DNA from: Dudresnaya verticillata
Taxonomy: Eukaryota
Reading direction: 5' to 3'
DNA: 64,000 nucleotides
Assembly (NCBI GenBank): GCA_977862235.1
Contig: OZ374559.1
Span: 2,852,001 to 2,916,000, forward strand
Of the stretch, positions 19,400 to 33,097 are shown one piece after another; position 1 is the stretch's first letter; the number at the start of each line of letters is the position of its first letter. The notes beneath the pieces were generated by a model that made no database searches, had not been told where the DNA came from, and saw only the letters and a list, made by a program, of their open reading frames with translations. Made by a program: the position numbers and the translations under genes.

Positions 19400-21876
19400 C
19401 CACCCTCCCGCCCTGCTCTTTCTCTTCAAATTCTTTCCTTCGTTACACCATTCTACTTGGCATTAACGCCTCCAATCTCTGCAATTGTTCTAGCATTTAC
19501 GCCTTCCTTGGTTAGTCATGGTTACTGATGATTACTACTTCTCCAATAAAGTAATCATTTCCTTTTCATGAAATATTTACATAACCATTGAAAAATCTTC
19601 GGCACATGTAGATAGAACATGCATCTCGACGGGGTTGCCGGGCCAAGAATTGCGAATTGTTGGGGACATATTGCCACATGTTTGCAAGCAAGGTATATGT
19701 AGCGCGACCGAATCTGTGTCTGATATAACATTAGGCTGCGTGCGTTTATGGTGTGTATGTGATTTCTTAGACATTCATACTGTGCTTACGGTACTCTTCT
19801 CGGTCACAACTCTGTCGAGCACCGATACGGAGATATTGTCGTTGTCCATGAAGAAAGAACCTCACAATCAGAGACTTATACATTGCTTCATATTGCGCGA
19901 CGAAATGAATTACAAATCTCTCGCAAGGGTGACGCTGAGGCAAAAATTGCTCACACGCAATATGCAAGCGTTCAACTGGGAGTTCTAAGCGTACTTGATG
20001 GGAATGGTACAACTACAGTCAATCTGATTTGCTTGTATGATGAGGTAAAGGGCCCAAACGGCGGTCCTTTTGGGTATATAGGTTTGATTGTGCAGCGATC
20101 GACCCACTATTGTATAAGACCACCCTAAATAGCCATTAAAATCAACATCACTATTGTAAGGGGTTAATATCTCTTCGAATAACGCAAACGCTGGATCAAT
20201 GACGCGGTGTTGAAACCAATGGCTCTGTAGAACAGCTCCGAGTGCATGATGCGATATGGGATAGCTCGGTAGAAGAGCACTATTCCTGCACCTACATTCG
20301 GGATCGAAAGAGCGTGTAGTCGCTTTCAGTGTTTTCGCATCCAGCTGGTTGCACCCTGCCGATCTCCGAACCCTCGAAAGCCCGTATGCCTATTCCTTTT
20401 TTTGTGCATATTCACCACGAGCAAGCTGCTAGCAACTTGTCATCCGTTTTACACGCAAGGACTTTTCTCCAGAATTTATTCATTTGGGCAAACCCTAGAG
20501 AGTGGTTTCTGTTTCACGGCCCTTTTGTATGTACTTGTGCTTATCCCAGTGAGGGTATTCAGCTGGACGAGTACATGCATTTCGGATGTTTTCAATAATG
20601 CCGGAAGACCGCAGGCTGAACCTCCTGTGGCCTGCCCGCCCTGCGGATCCGTGGTCGTTTAACTGCCGTCGACAATCAGGAAGCTTCAGTTTGAGTGGAG
20701 AAGTTCCTTGTGGAGAAGTTCCTTGTACTTCAACCACAACTACGAGGTAATAGCTAGCCAACTTTCCAGCCTCCTACTGTAAATTAGTAGCCTGACGGAC
20801 TCTGCACTCCTTCCACACAACTGCGGTAGTGTACCTGCACCCAACTGCCTTACCTTACATGATACCAGGAAGGCCACGATTTGAACACTCGCTAAACAGT
20901 GTCACTAGAACACAGGATTTGGTCGGGATAGGACACGCTTAATCACTACATTTATGTCCCAAGATCAACCTGCTCTAGCACTGTGTCCTATAAGAGGCAA
21001 CCCAATGTATAGGCATATGTACACTGTGCGTATTCGCTCGCAGAGTTCTATCAGCAGCAACCGAGCGTTTTCATCTTCCGTCACATGCCGAGAGTTTGCG
21101 TTTGGAATAATACTATCACAGGAAACGTCTTCCCCCGAATGACAGCGCCCTTCATGAAGACACAAATGAGCTGCATTGTAAATCATTGGCGCCAACTAGG
21201 AGGCGACGAACTCTGCTAATAGGTCCTTGACGGTTCCGATCGATAACCGCTTCCCAATAATTGTTTCGGTCACCCATCTCAACAGCCACAGATATTGCTC
21301 TTCGCTCGCTTAATCTCCTTGGTTCGTCGATGTGTGGCCGCAAAGGTTAGTCTACGCAAGCCTTCTTCAACCCCGTTGCTTGTTCTATTGCCGGCTACCA
21401 TAAGGGTTTCCCCATTGTTCTTTCTGAAGGTCCCCCTGAAATATTTTTTGAGACAAGAATGCAACTTACCACCATAGACGGAGAGGCTATGTGACCACGA
21501 GCACAAACTTATCGTTAAAGCTTGCCCCATTCCTGTCGGGCAAATGGAATGTCTTGGATATACATGACTCTTGGTAGTTCCATTCTGATTGTTGAAGCAC
21601 ACCGAGACCAGATCTTCCAGGGTGCAAAACGTTTTGGGCTTCAAATCTTGAAAGAAAGCTACGGCAAATATGAGCGGGAGGATCGGTCCACAAAGAGATC
21701 TCCAAACAGAGATAGAATATATTGGCAGCCCGTGTAGAATGTGTCAATATAAGTGCTGAGCTGTTGCTGCGAATGAATCATAGGCTATGATGCATTGGCT
21801 GCAAAATCTCTGCAGCTCCTGTCTATGAATCATAGTCTTGCCTATGAATCGTAGCCAAGAGCCGCTTAATCTCAAT

Positions 21877-21906
21877 CTTCAATAAAGTTGTGATGATGAT
21901 GATGAT
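21877..21906 (+). mobile_element. Minimal 3' tail of the (GAT)n-tailed LINE family
   Basis: CTTCAATAAAGTTGT(GAT)5 matches 11041-11068 and the reverse complement of 52680-52709. Confidence 0.7.
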
Positions 21907-24900
21907 CTGCCGAGAGACTACACTCAGAACAAACCCGATTTTCTGTGCTTCAGGGTATTTCGCAAACCCAGAGAAGGAGCCCATGGAAAATGTATGACCT
22001 GAAGTCTTGTCAGGCCCCGCACGGCATACCGGAATTGTAGCCAGAACCCAACACTCTGGATACAGGCGAACTTTCCCATTTCAGCGATAGCACACCGAAG
22101 GCAGCGCCCTCCTGGAGGTGTGCGGTAAAAATTAGTACTGTACCACCGTGTGTGTGTCCGGGAGGAGGGCGCAACATTACTTTTTGTGTAAGCGCTTTTC
22201 GTAATGGACTTGTAGCTACACAAGCACAGCTAGCCTAGAACCCTAAGCAGCGACGTTGAAGATAATTCTGCAACGCATATATTACCGTGCACGTCGATTG
22301 AATACATCCGACGCGAGAGCAATACAGAAATCAAGAAGACCTTCTTCATGGACCGCAGGTCGCAGTTTTCCAAGATTGATCATACCCCTCAGAGAGTGTG
22401 CATCAGACATTTTGAAAGCCTTGCGTTGGAAGATATTCTTGGTTTATCCTGAAGAAGAATCGGGAGGCTTTCTTGGTTGCTGTCATACTGCAGCATTTTG
22501 CGAAAATTGCTGGATCTCGCCGTTGTTTCCAGTAGACATTGATAAGGTTCCCAGAACGCGCCCCGGTGGAACAAGGTGATCGAATGCTGCTGACACACCG
22601 ATAGATAGCGAACAGATGGATGAAGCGCAGAGAAGATGTTCTCTGATGAGGGTTTGGAAGATCTTTCTTGAACACCAGGATGGTGCTCGAGTTGGCAAAT
22701 AGTCTGAAACTAGTTATCATAGAGGTGCGTGGCCTCTGGTCGCCAGTGCAGAAAGTTTGCAATGAGGACCAATAGCAAGAAAGCTTATTGGCTCGATTTA
22801 TTCAGAGCTCTACCCAAAGACATCATCATCACCCGCGCCATGAGCTTAACCGATATCGTAGCAAGGTGCTCGCACAAAGCAACGAGGCCCTCGCTGCATC
22901 ACAAGAGTACCTTGATACGGACCCTCGTTACAGAGGGTCCGCCGGGACGGCACACAGAGTCGTCTCGGTGTTTGAGAGACTTGGCTGCACATGTTCGCGA
23001 TTTCCCGAGCTAGAGAAACTCTGACCACCCGCTGCGGTTGCTGGTAGCCTGTGAGGCTTGCAGCGTATGGCGCGGGGAAGGGCTGCATGGTGTAGTAGTG
23101 TAGTAGGAATATACAACCGGTGAGCTGTCTGATATAATCGTCAGTGGGCGCCACTGTACGTGCCGAAGGTCAAATTTGCGACGCGGATGGTCTCCCTCAT
23201 GTCCCAGTTTATATTCCCAGCACCCGACTTGGCTGCACGACTGTCGGCACTTCGCAAGCGACATGAAACTGGAACGTGTCTTCCGTACAACAATGATATG
23301 AACATTCTCCTGCATTCCTTCCCGGTCTCGCGTGTGATGCAAAAGATAGCCAATGCTCTAAATGTTTGATACACTTGCACTGAGAACCGTCCATGCAATG
23401 GTGTTAGCTTCATTTGCCAAGCGCTTCGAGCTGCATCTCAACTATTTTGAGCTCGGCACATCGTTGTCGCAGGCACACATTTCGGGTGGAAGACTACTGC
23501 ACTAAACTAGCATAGTGAGCACAAGTTTGGCACATCGCAATAATATGTGACATCACTACTTTTGACGCAATGCAGTTAGCACCCTGCACGACATGCAAAC
23601 AACTATGTTTACACTCGCGCTCTTTCCCCGCCCGGCCTGTTGCACATACGACTCACCCGATGCTTCTGCTCGTGATTCCACTGCAGTACTCGAATGTTAT
23701 CCTTTTGAAAGTGCGCGACAGAAAACTCACCAAAATCGTTTTCCGATATTCTCTGGTGCTGATGATGCGGCTCCTTATGGATGGTGGGAAAGAAAGGAAA
23801 ACGGCTCACGAGAGTCTCGTGTCAGTCTCGAGACTTACATTCAGGTCTCCTCGGAGTTTTTGAAAAGAACCATTGAAGATGCGCCCGCGTCCCTAGTCTC
23901 CTTTATTCGCAGGCAGTTGGAAATGGCAGTTGGAAATGGCATTATGGTATTGATGCGAGATTCGCTGTGTTCCGATATCGCTACAGTATTCCTACAAGGA
24001 TCTATTGAGCAACCTCATCACATATTTTCTTGCTTCATAACAACTCATCACTTGGGATGCACTTCCCCGTAAGAAAAACGCACTTCTCGCATTTCTATAA
24101 AGAGATTGTTCAGTTCCAAAGAGCTCATATCCATCGTTTTATTTCATGTTAGGCGCGCCCCACCCACCAATCCAGCGGAGTCCAGCGGATTGCCCATGGA
24201 GCCCCGCACCCTGCCCTCGAACCGAGCCCCCCGGTCCGTTTTGGCCCATGGTCCAATCAGGGCAACTCTGGATCGGACCTGCGGGACAAGGACTAGGAAA
24301 ACGCAGCGGTGATAGTAGGAACATCGCAAAGCAGTCACACACGACGGCTTAAATGCTGCAGCGAGACGCGAGAGTCGAACAACTGCAAAAAGGCTTGCAG
24401 CTTCGCGCCTGTGCGCGCGAGAGTTCAACCGATGTCTCGAAAGCGGCAGGCGCTCAAAGAACTTAACAAGTTTGTAACTCCCGCTGTGCAGCAACGCCCC
24501 GCCCTAGATTCATTTCAAAGCTTGATAATTTCATGGTCACCAATCTTCGGCGTTCAGAATTTCATTGCCGTCAACCAGTACTCATTCCGTCTACATTACG
24601 TACGGGCAGAGTACTCAAACTATCGACCGATCACGAACCTCTCCATTGATGCTACCCACAGACCTTAAGGTCTCGTAATTACGTCACCATGCTCGGTGCA
24701 CAAGCCGTGATAGTATTCGCTACAAAACCACCTCCCCCTTTCCCTGACGAGAACAAGAAAAAAGCCCTTGCTAGAGAAGCTGATAAGTTGATGAAAGATG
24801 AAGTCGCGAAAGGAAAAGCTAATGGGAACTGGACAACGTTTTCATATCCGCTCCACAGACTTCAGTGATGCTCCAACTTGAGACTTTCCGTCTTCTCCAA

Positions 24901-25558
24901 ACTCTCTTCAGATTTTAGGTCTGGCGTTTCGGCAACAGCTCATCAGCCCCACACCTGGGGCCCAGATTAAGATTTCGCCTCAATCCACATCTCTCAAGTG
25001 ACTGTTGTTCGCTTCCTCATACTGGAGTACGGTCTAAGCATCGCAACGTTCGATCTGCAAAACGACTGGCGTTCCTCAGAATGACTAGTCGAAGCGGCGT
25101 GACCAAGAAGGGCAATTGGCCATCTCGATGAATAACTTGGCTTGCACAAGCCGTTCAGGTCACGAGGCTCATCGTACAAATGCGTAACTTGGCTTGTACA
25201 GCCGCTTCTGGCTTGTCGTTCAAACGGTTATACAAGCTGATATTTGTTCTTCTGTTCAATGGAATACTGTTCTGTTGAAATATTACATTGTTACGGTTAA
25301 CTTTCTCTTATGGCAGTTCACGGTATTATGTGCAGTGTTCTGTTTATGTTTCTTTGAGTCTTTGTACATAGTTTGAATAGCTTTCGTAGTACTTTGGTCT
25401 ATTTATATTGACCAAAGCTCGTACTTCGGATGACCCAGCCATCGAAGAACACACACACACTCAACAACAATTGACTGCTTCCTTTTTACCACTTGCAACA
25501 CTCTACATCCACTGTTCTAGCCTGTTTTCCTGCCGCTGCACCCGTCAATTTATTAGTT

Positions 25559-26467
25559 ATGGGCCCAGAACTGCCTTCGCGCCCGAAGTTCTCCTGGACA
25601 CTGAAGGACGCTCCATGGACTGATGGTCGTGGTACTCAAGAGGCGTACCTTGACGCCGTCAAGCTATGGAAGTCATTTCACGACAGGCTCCCTGACATGA
25701 ATAGCAACAAAATTCCTGCTTCTCTTCAAGAGATTGTGTTACAGTCACAGCTATATGGTCGCGCGCAGGACCTAGTCAAAAAACTTTCTACGGATGTTAT
25801 TCAAAGTGAAGATGGTGCTCTTTTCATAGCAAAGGCACTACACAAGGATGATCCCCTCGCGGTTGTACATGACGTCTTCCACAAATTTATGTCTGTTTTA
25901 AATACAACGCGTGGTGAGAATGAAGGATTCAAGAACTTCGAGCAGCGCTTTGATGCGCAGTTGAGCCGTTTTAATGCCTCTGCTTCATCAGCCGAGCTAC
26001 CGGAATCTATTAGTTCTTTCTTGCTCTTGGCGAATTCTCGTCTGGACTCGAATCAGCGTGTTTCGATCCTTGCAGCTACTTCTACACGCACGTCTGCAAG
26101 AAATGATGCAGAGCCAATTTTGGACAGTATCAAGTATGAAGAAACAGCTTCCATCTTGCGTACATGCTACAAGCCTCGAGAGGTCCGCAATACTAGTACT
26201 GCTTTATCAGGAAACAGTGGCTTTACCGGCTCTCGTTCGAAAGTTAAACGGGGTTATCGGAAACCTATATGTGAGATGACGCCTGAAGAGATTGCTGATT
26301 TGAAAAAACGTTCTACGTCCCGAGCATGCAATCAAAAAGGTCATTGGGAGGGAGATGCAGAGTGCTCAAAATCAAAGTCAGACGACACACAGCAAAAATC
26401 ACCGAGTGTTTCAGGAAAGTCTCAAACCAAAACTATGAACTTTAATATGGTTTCTGTTCAGCCTTAA
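25559..26467 (+). CDS. gag: Copia gag
   Basis: ATG lies within the PBS; degenerate zinc knuckle SRACNQKGHWEGDAEC. Confidence 0.8.
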   Translation: MGPELPSRPKFSWTLKDAPWTDGRGTQEAYLDAVKLWKSFHDRLPDMNSNKIPASLQEIVLQSQLYGRAQDLVKKLSTDVIQSEDGALFIAKALHKDDPLAVVHDVFHKFMSVLNTTRGENEGFKNFEQRFDAQLSRFNASASSAELPESISSFLLLANSRLDSNQRVSILAATSTRTSARNDAEPILDSIKYEETASILRTCYKPREVRNTSTALSGNSGFTGSRSKVKRGYRKPICEMTPEEIADLKKRSTSRACNQKGHWEGDAECSKSKSDDTQQKSPSVSGKSQTKTMNFNMVSVQP

Positions 26468-28238
26468 AAAGGGCTTCCTCTTAATGTCCCCGGTCCACTA
26501 TTGGACGATGGTGCACCATATGCTGGCATTGGACTGGTGGAGTTAAAATCGCTCGCGCCAGTACTTATTCCTTCCTGGAATGGGAAACTTCAACCCCTGC
26601 CGCCGTCTATATCTGATCGCCCTTATTGGCAATATGGACAGGGATCTCACTCTAGCGCCCCGCGATGCATTCTTAGTGTTTATCTCAGTATGCGTAGTGA
26701 TTCGGGTACTTTGGGGAATGTGAGGCATCTTGTTATTGATGGATGTTCACAGTGGATAATTGGAAAAAACGTTACAAAGCATTGTAACATTATTCACATT
26801 CAAGGGCATTTCCTACAGCTGCCAACATCTGATAAGAATGGGAATCCCGATAAGGTAACAATTGTGAAACACGATATGTTGGATTATCTACCCTCTAGTA
26901 GATTTTTTGTTTCTACACAGCCGTCTCTACATGATGCTCATGTTTCTGCATTGGTATCAAATTCAGTTAATTTGTCATGGAAGCAACTCAAAGCTGTTAT
27001 TGACAAAGTTCACCGCCATGTTTGCGGTCACTCAAATGTTTATGATATCAAGACGCTTCTCCAGCGCAACAAATTATGGACCCCTGAGTGTGTCTCCTAC
27101 CTCTCCAAAGTTTTGAACGATTGTAGCTCATGCCACACAACTGACCTTCCTAAAAAATCACGCAGTGTCTCATTGAACAATTTCTCTCGTGGCTTCAACG
27201 ATTTATTATTCGTTGATCATTTTTTCCCAGAGAATGAGACGACATTTCACGTGATGGATGCGAAGACTCGCTACTCAGCAGGTGATTGTGCACCTTCGAA
27301 AAGCATGCAAGATTCCATCAGTGTATACGAGTCCTGTTGGATATCACCCTTTTGGTCTCCTGTTTCTGTGCAAGCAGATCCTGCTTTTGATAATGCTGAT
27401 TTTAAATCAGATTTATCTCGGTCTGGAACTTTGTTTCGTCGTGCGCCTCCGCGTCGGCCGAGTAAGAAAGCTATTGAATCGAAGCATCGAGTCATCAAAT
27501 CTGTTTTTTACCGTCTTCGTCATGCCAACCCAGAAGCTGATGCCCGCCTGCTTGTACAACAGTCCATCCGAATTTCCAACGACCTATACGGAAACGATGT
27601 TGCATCTTCTCACGAGCTAGCAAAAGGTTATACACGTCCCGTCTGTACTGGTCAAGCTCCGGTTAAAGTTCCGAATGAAATTATCAAGGCTCATGAAGAG
27701 CTTTCCGCAAGAAGAAAACTCACATCCATTCTGCGATCCAAGGCTACCGTTGACAACCCTGTGAAAGTAGGAGATCTTGTTGAGATCTTTTTGAAACAAC
27801 CAAACCAAAAACGTGGTGCTTGGACCAACCCCCGTGCTGTTTTATCAATTGACAGACGCGCAAAAACTGTCACTGTTCCAGTAACTACAGGTCGTACCTT
27901 ATCTGCTGCTGTCGAAGACATCCGACCTGCACTACCTAGCAGTGCCTATTTTTCAACCTTAATTCAAGAGGCTATTGATGCCTGTTCTGAAGAGCTACTG
28001 GACACATTTGACCAGATGGTCGCCGATAATGATGACGACACTGTGGATACATACCACATAAATGGCAATCAAGATGATGGTAACTTTAAAGACGAAGATG
28101 ATGTTTCGGACGGGTACGGTGTTACAGAATCTCCTGTTGTAGGAGATGATGAACGTGCTACAGTACAAGAAGCCACTATTGACAATTATGAAGATACAGG
28201 CACAGTTATTGCCGATGAAGATTTGACATACACGCCTG
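26468..28238 (+). pseudogene. Copia protease plus integrase, truncated
   Basis: LDDGAPY (PR); HRHVCGH...CSSC (HHCC); VDHFF...DPAF...IES (DDE). Separated from gag by an in-frame TAA and runs into the LTR at 28239. Confidence 0.85.
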
Positions 28239-28457
28239 GTTCTGTTTATGTTTCTTTGAGTCTTTGTACATAGTTTGAATAGCTTTCGTAGTACTTTGGT
28301 CTATTTATATTGACCAAAGCTCGTACTTCGGATGACCCAGCCATCGAAGAACACACACACACTCAACAACAATTGACTGCTTCCTTTTTACCACTTGCAA
28401 CACTCTACATCCACTGTTCTAGCCTGTTTTCCTGCCGCTGCACCCGTCAATTTATTA

Positions 28458-29070
28458 CTCGAACTGACATCTTTGAAGACTGTCGGCCTAGTGCTTCATC
28501 TTCAGCATTTAATAGAGTGACAAACTACTTCCGTGACACACGGTGGGCTTCCGCCCAGGCAAATGAAGAGCTTGCGAGAGTGAGTTCCTCCCGTCGCCCT
28601 CGATCTGCGCAAAGGCAACTAGTGAAGCCTCTAGTCAACGTCATTGGAGACTCTGACGAAGAAGAATACATCCTGGCTAACAAGAGAGTTAAGCGAGCTG
28701 GCTCTTCGTCAAAAGCTGTTAACGTTACGAAATCGGAGCTCCTGAAAGATGTGTATATAAGATTTCCTACTGTGAGAGAAGTGATATCCAAGCTCATCCA
28801 GAACTATGGCATCTACCGCTCAAAAGCATATGAAATTCTCAGGGCTGTGCTATCCAGAAACGCGACGACGGGAAGGTGGAAGGGATAACGGGGAAGGACT
28901 TCGAGGACTCTTTTGAAGATTATCGCCCAATGAAAATGAATCTGGCAAAAGGCAAATGTGCAACCATACGCAAAGTGGTGGGCCTTCACCGACTTAGTCT
29001 CACCGGAACTCGATCCGGAGAGTCAACACCGCAAGTGGACACAGGCGATGATATCATTGATTTGTTTTAG
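28458..29070 (+). pseudogene. Unknown ORF remnant flanking the copia insertion
   Basis: About 200 protein-like codons with one frameshift near 28880; no family recognised. Confidence 0.35.
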
Positions 29071-29514
29071 GTCTCCACACTCCGTGACAAGATGTAGATT
29101 CAGGTCGACATATCGATCGACACGAGCGGCGGTCGGCTAGTAACACAGCTGTTTCTATAGTATTGTTGCCTTCGACGCGTTGAATTCTCCGCCTCCGAAT
29201 TCTCCGCGGAGAACTCTGCGGAATTCTCAAGGTAAATACCCTTTGCCTGCCCAAATCATGCCTTGAATTCTTCTTTTAGATAGCCATGCATGTATGCATA
29301 CATGGTTGAGTTAACTCAATAGTCCACAGCTTGTAAACTTCTCGCTCACACTCGCCTTGAGGGCGGTGACTTACACAGTACTGTAGAACTCTTACCAGAT
29401 TTCACGGTTGCTAATGCCTACCGACTTGGAACGGGTCACTGTTATTCTTCCAGAAACGGCTCGGATGCTCGTAGCAGTATGCTCACATGCGAGAGAAATT
29501 TTACCAGGAAGGTT

Positions 29515-29982
29515 TTACCCAATAGAAATAAGCTCGATTGCTTCTTCCTTCGAAACGCTTGGCAACAAAGTAAACTGAAGCTTCAGAACATCTGTAACGC
29601 TCACCTGTAATACTGATGCCTGCACCAACTCCTCCGAAGACCCTAACTGAATGTTGCTGCGAGCTATAGTTTTCAGTCGCAGTCGTGAAGCACGACAGGA
29701 CACAGCTTCATGTAGAGATTTCAGAACTTCTCCCGTCTCGATAAGATTCTCTGTTCGCAGAAAAAAAATTCTGTGCCGAAACATTTCAATGGCTCGGTTC
29801 AGAAGGTTTACTCTTCGAAACGGAGTACTCTTTGTCCTCCCCTCAATTATCAGAACCTTCCGCCTATTGTTTGACAGGAGCAACAACAGGCACAAATGCA
29901 AGAAAAAAGATAAATGAATTCTTGGACTGAAGTCATCTGAAAGAAAGACCCGTTCTAAAACCGTATCTAGAACCATCTCCAT
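29515..29982 (-). pseudogene. Unknown ORF remnant, weakly similar to 53420-53700
   Basis: FLSDDFSP vs YLSDEVFSP; VLIIEGRTK vs VLWLESRTK; LQFTLLP vs LDFELLP. Confidence 0.35.
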
Positions 29983-30341
29983 GCCATCAGCTTGAGCACA
30001 AAACAGAATACTTCCAAGAGAGAAGCTTTTAGTTTTGCAGACATATCTGCAATTCCATCAACTTGAATCATTTCAATGAGAGACGAAATTTGTTCCTTCA
30101 TATGCAAAGGAACCTTTGAGTTGAAAACAGCCTCGACCACCGTTGTGAAACTAATTAATGTGATCCTCTTCCTGAAATTGAACTCTTAGAGACATCCGTT
30201 TCCATATCCCAGTTGGCTCTGAATTCGGCAAGCTTAAGCTTACGCAAAAGTATTTGCAAGAAGCTTTTCAATCGATCGTCTTGAGATGTGAGCTAGCTCA
30301 GACAAGCTACCAGATCCCAGAGCTCCGAATGTTATTGAGCT

Positions 30342-30384
30342 GCAACTTCCCTTAAATTTAACGGTAAAATTTAAGGGAAGTTGC
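30342..30384. repeat. Perfect 18-bp inverted repeat with 7-nt loop
   Basis: GCAACTTCCCTTAAATTT-aacggta-AAATTTAAGGGAAGTTGC. Confidence 0.95.
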
Positions 30385-30914
30385 GACTAAGTTGTTGGAA
30401 TAGACTACAGAAAGTCCTGATAGTCTGGTGTCCCGCATGCTTGCATGCTTAATTATTTTGGTATTTCACAACCGTTAGTTTCATCTTGAATTTGAAATCG
30501 TAAGTACTTACGAGCATGCAACATTATTTCTTCCAACTACTTCAATGTCACCACGTCCGGCTCAGTATCTTTACCATCGCAGAACATCAGACTGACGTCA
30601 TCGTACGCTATGAATTGCGTTCTCATAACCTGTAGGAGCTGAGCAATTGCTCGATGAATCTTAACGGGCAACAGAGCTTGGGAACCCATCAGATGGGTAG
30701 TGCAACATTTCTTGGCAGCGGTGCTACAGTGTTAACAGATGTCAGTACTGCATAGATAGGAACCTCTGAGCATCCATAGAGGCATGGAACAAACCGAAAA
30801 AGACACCCAGTTGTTGAAATACTGTTCGAAGTACTCTCCCACTGCACTCAGAAAGGATGCAACATAGCTGTAGATGTTGCAATAGGCAGCAGCCTAGAAG
30901 CAGAAAATCTCGCA

Positions 30915-33097
30915 GTGCTCGCTGACGACTCTGTTTGCATTGAAGAGGAGAAGCAGCAGCTTCAGGAAAGGGATGGAATTGACACAAAAGTTGGCTTGTA
31001 CATGTTCGGAGGGCTCTCCCCAGTTGAGCTTTCTAATCTGCTGGGTTCCAACACTGCGAACGAAAACGAGTGGCTTTCTTTGGGTCTTCTCCACTCGAAG
31101 AATAGAATAACTATCTATGGGCTTCCACGCACGGTTCAATACTCCTTTCCACGGTCTGAAGTTGAGAAGAGATGGGTGTACGAAAGGGACGAAGGGTCTT
31201 CGGAGCAGGTAGCTATGAAGGCAACTGATTGGGTTCGCAAATGGTTGATCGAACGAAATTTAATTCCTCCTTGGTTCTCTCCAGTTGTGTGTCCCAGTAA
31301 TTTGGATCTAGCCCCAGCCGATCAGCGCCGTGTATCGAAGCGAATGAAGCAGGTCAGAGAGCGATGCACGGGGACTTTCAAAGGCAACGCGGACTTCTTC
31401 AAAATGTTTTGTTGCAGTCTTAGCACTAGTACATTGCACTGCTGCCCTGCTGCCCTGCTCAAATGCACTTCGCGGTATTCTCTTGTGATGTTTCGAATAC
31501 AGAGAAAATATTCATACCTATTCAGGTAGTGTGGCTTCTCCAATGCGAACATCACGATGATGAAAAGAGTTATGGTTACGTCAAGAGCGGAGACAAAACC
31601 GTAGATACGCGAAAGACTCCGTTCGATTTTATGCTTGGATACGGCTTCTGGTATTGACCCACAGTCCATTGTGTCGGGTAACAGGAGCTTCGGTTACCTT
31701 AATAACAAGGCTGCTCAGCAAGCTCAGTATCGGAGACAGCGTGAGTCTTTTGGCGTTGGACGAAGTTGCACGGAGAACATACTGCAAGCTATGCGTGAGT
31801 TTGTAGAACAAGACGCAAAGGCAGACCCATCGCTCCAACATAAGTTTCATGGTACGATACATGAAATTGGCATTGTCGAACGTGAGCTCGACTCCGTATC
31901 CATCTATCACCCCCTATCGCTTTTCCTTGCTTCTCAACGACTGAAGCAAAAATGTCACTACGTTGTGACTATTGATTGCACAGGATCGCTCGTCTCAAAT
32001 ATATGGATTTCATCCAACTCGGAAGTTGGAAGAGGAGCAATGCAAGCCGAAGATAAGTTATACAAGCCCCCAAGGGTTTCGCAAGACGGAATTAAGATTC
32101 TAGTAGAAGTCTACAACTTCCACGTGACTGTGCCCTTGCCAATCAGTAGTTTCGTGGCGTGTAATGCAGTAGTAGTAGGAAAGACCAACGCCATCTTCTG
32201 CAGAATTCTCCATGCTTCAAGGAAAAGCTCTCGAAGTAGTCAAACGAGGCGGAAGTTGGATATGTAGTAGCAGGCATGGCTATTCCATTCGCAAAAGCTG
32301 TTATAAACATGTTCAACAGCATGCAAATGCCCGAATACATAGCAACTCTGCTTTTTTCTGCCAAAACAGGTTCATCAAGTATCGCCGCTGAGAACACCAA
32401 AACAATATTGGTATGGTATGAGGTCCATGGCGACCGTCGGATGAGAAAGTTCGTCACACAGCAGCGTTCGAGGACTTGCAATACTCTTGATGAAGTCACC
32501 ACGAAGGAATTGACCAATCTGTTTGCAATATACGTCTCGCTCTTTTCTCTGCAAAGACTTACAGAGCATTTGCCTTCTAACTGGTTTCTTGGACATGTTC
32601 TGCAACACTGGTACCCTTCCAGCCTTTCCCTTATCATTCGCAAGCAAGTCCAGAACAGAGTTACTCTGTGCTCGGCTGAAGAATTTTAATCCCACGGAGA
32701 AGGGATACTATGGCGTCATTTGGGCGGTGTGCCCGGCAACGGTTCTTCCCTGCAACGAGTAAGAGTGAATGCGTGCCGATAGAAGGGATACAACTCCACG
32801 AAGTTTGAACAGCTCTTTGAAAACTTCTCCCGGGGTCATGTATCGATCAGGACTGGCACCGGCCACGGCAGTCGCAACTTGGCTGGAATATCAGATGAAG
32901 CATGTTCGAAAGAAGTCGATCAATGCAGGTTTGAGGAAGCCGAAATGCAAGGGGGAAGCAACTTCTCCATAGAGGGATTAATCCAGTCGGAACAGAGATT
33001 CTATGAGCTGAAGTTCGGCGTATACAGCGTGCTCGTGATCGCTCGAGAGGTGTTGGAGACGGCGGAAGGGAAAAGCACTTCCAGATACATAATAGCT
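30915..33097 (+). pseudogene. N-terminal part of a decayed Mutator-superfamily (MULE/NOF-like) transposase
   Basis: GTIHEIG...VVTIDCTGSLV (first D) and MAIPFAKAVINMFNSMQMPEYI (second-D region) follow the NOF-type pattern as recalled; several stops and frameshifts. Confidence 0.65.

Larger units (their letters stand above)
24781..28457 (+). mobile_element. Internally deleted Ty1/copia LTR retrotransposon (gag-PR-IN present; RT, RH and the first part of the 3' LTR lost)
   Basis: Identical 219-bp repeats at 25337-25555 and 28239-28457; copia-type PBS GTTATGGGCCCAG at 25556-25568. 5' LTR start inferred from TGATAAGTTGA (24781) matching the LTR end TCAATTTATTA as an imperfect inverted repeat. No TSD seen. 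Confidence 0.85.

Noticed and set aside
19450..23500. Numerous short ORFs
   Set aside because: Fragmentary with no recognisable motifs; probably decayed sequence.
24150..24320. Possible Helitron 3' end (GC-rich tract near CTAG)
   Set aside because: No convincing subterminal hairpin, matching 5' end or Rep/helicase sequence.
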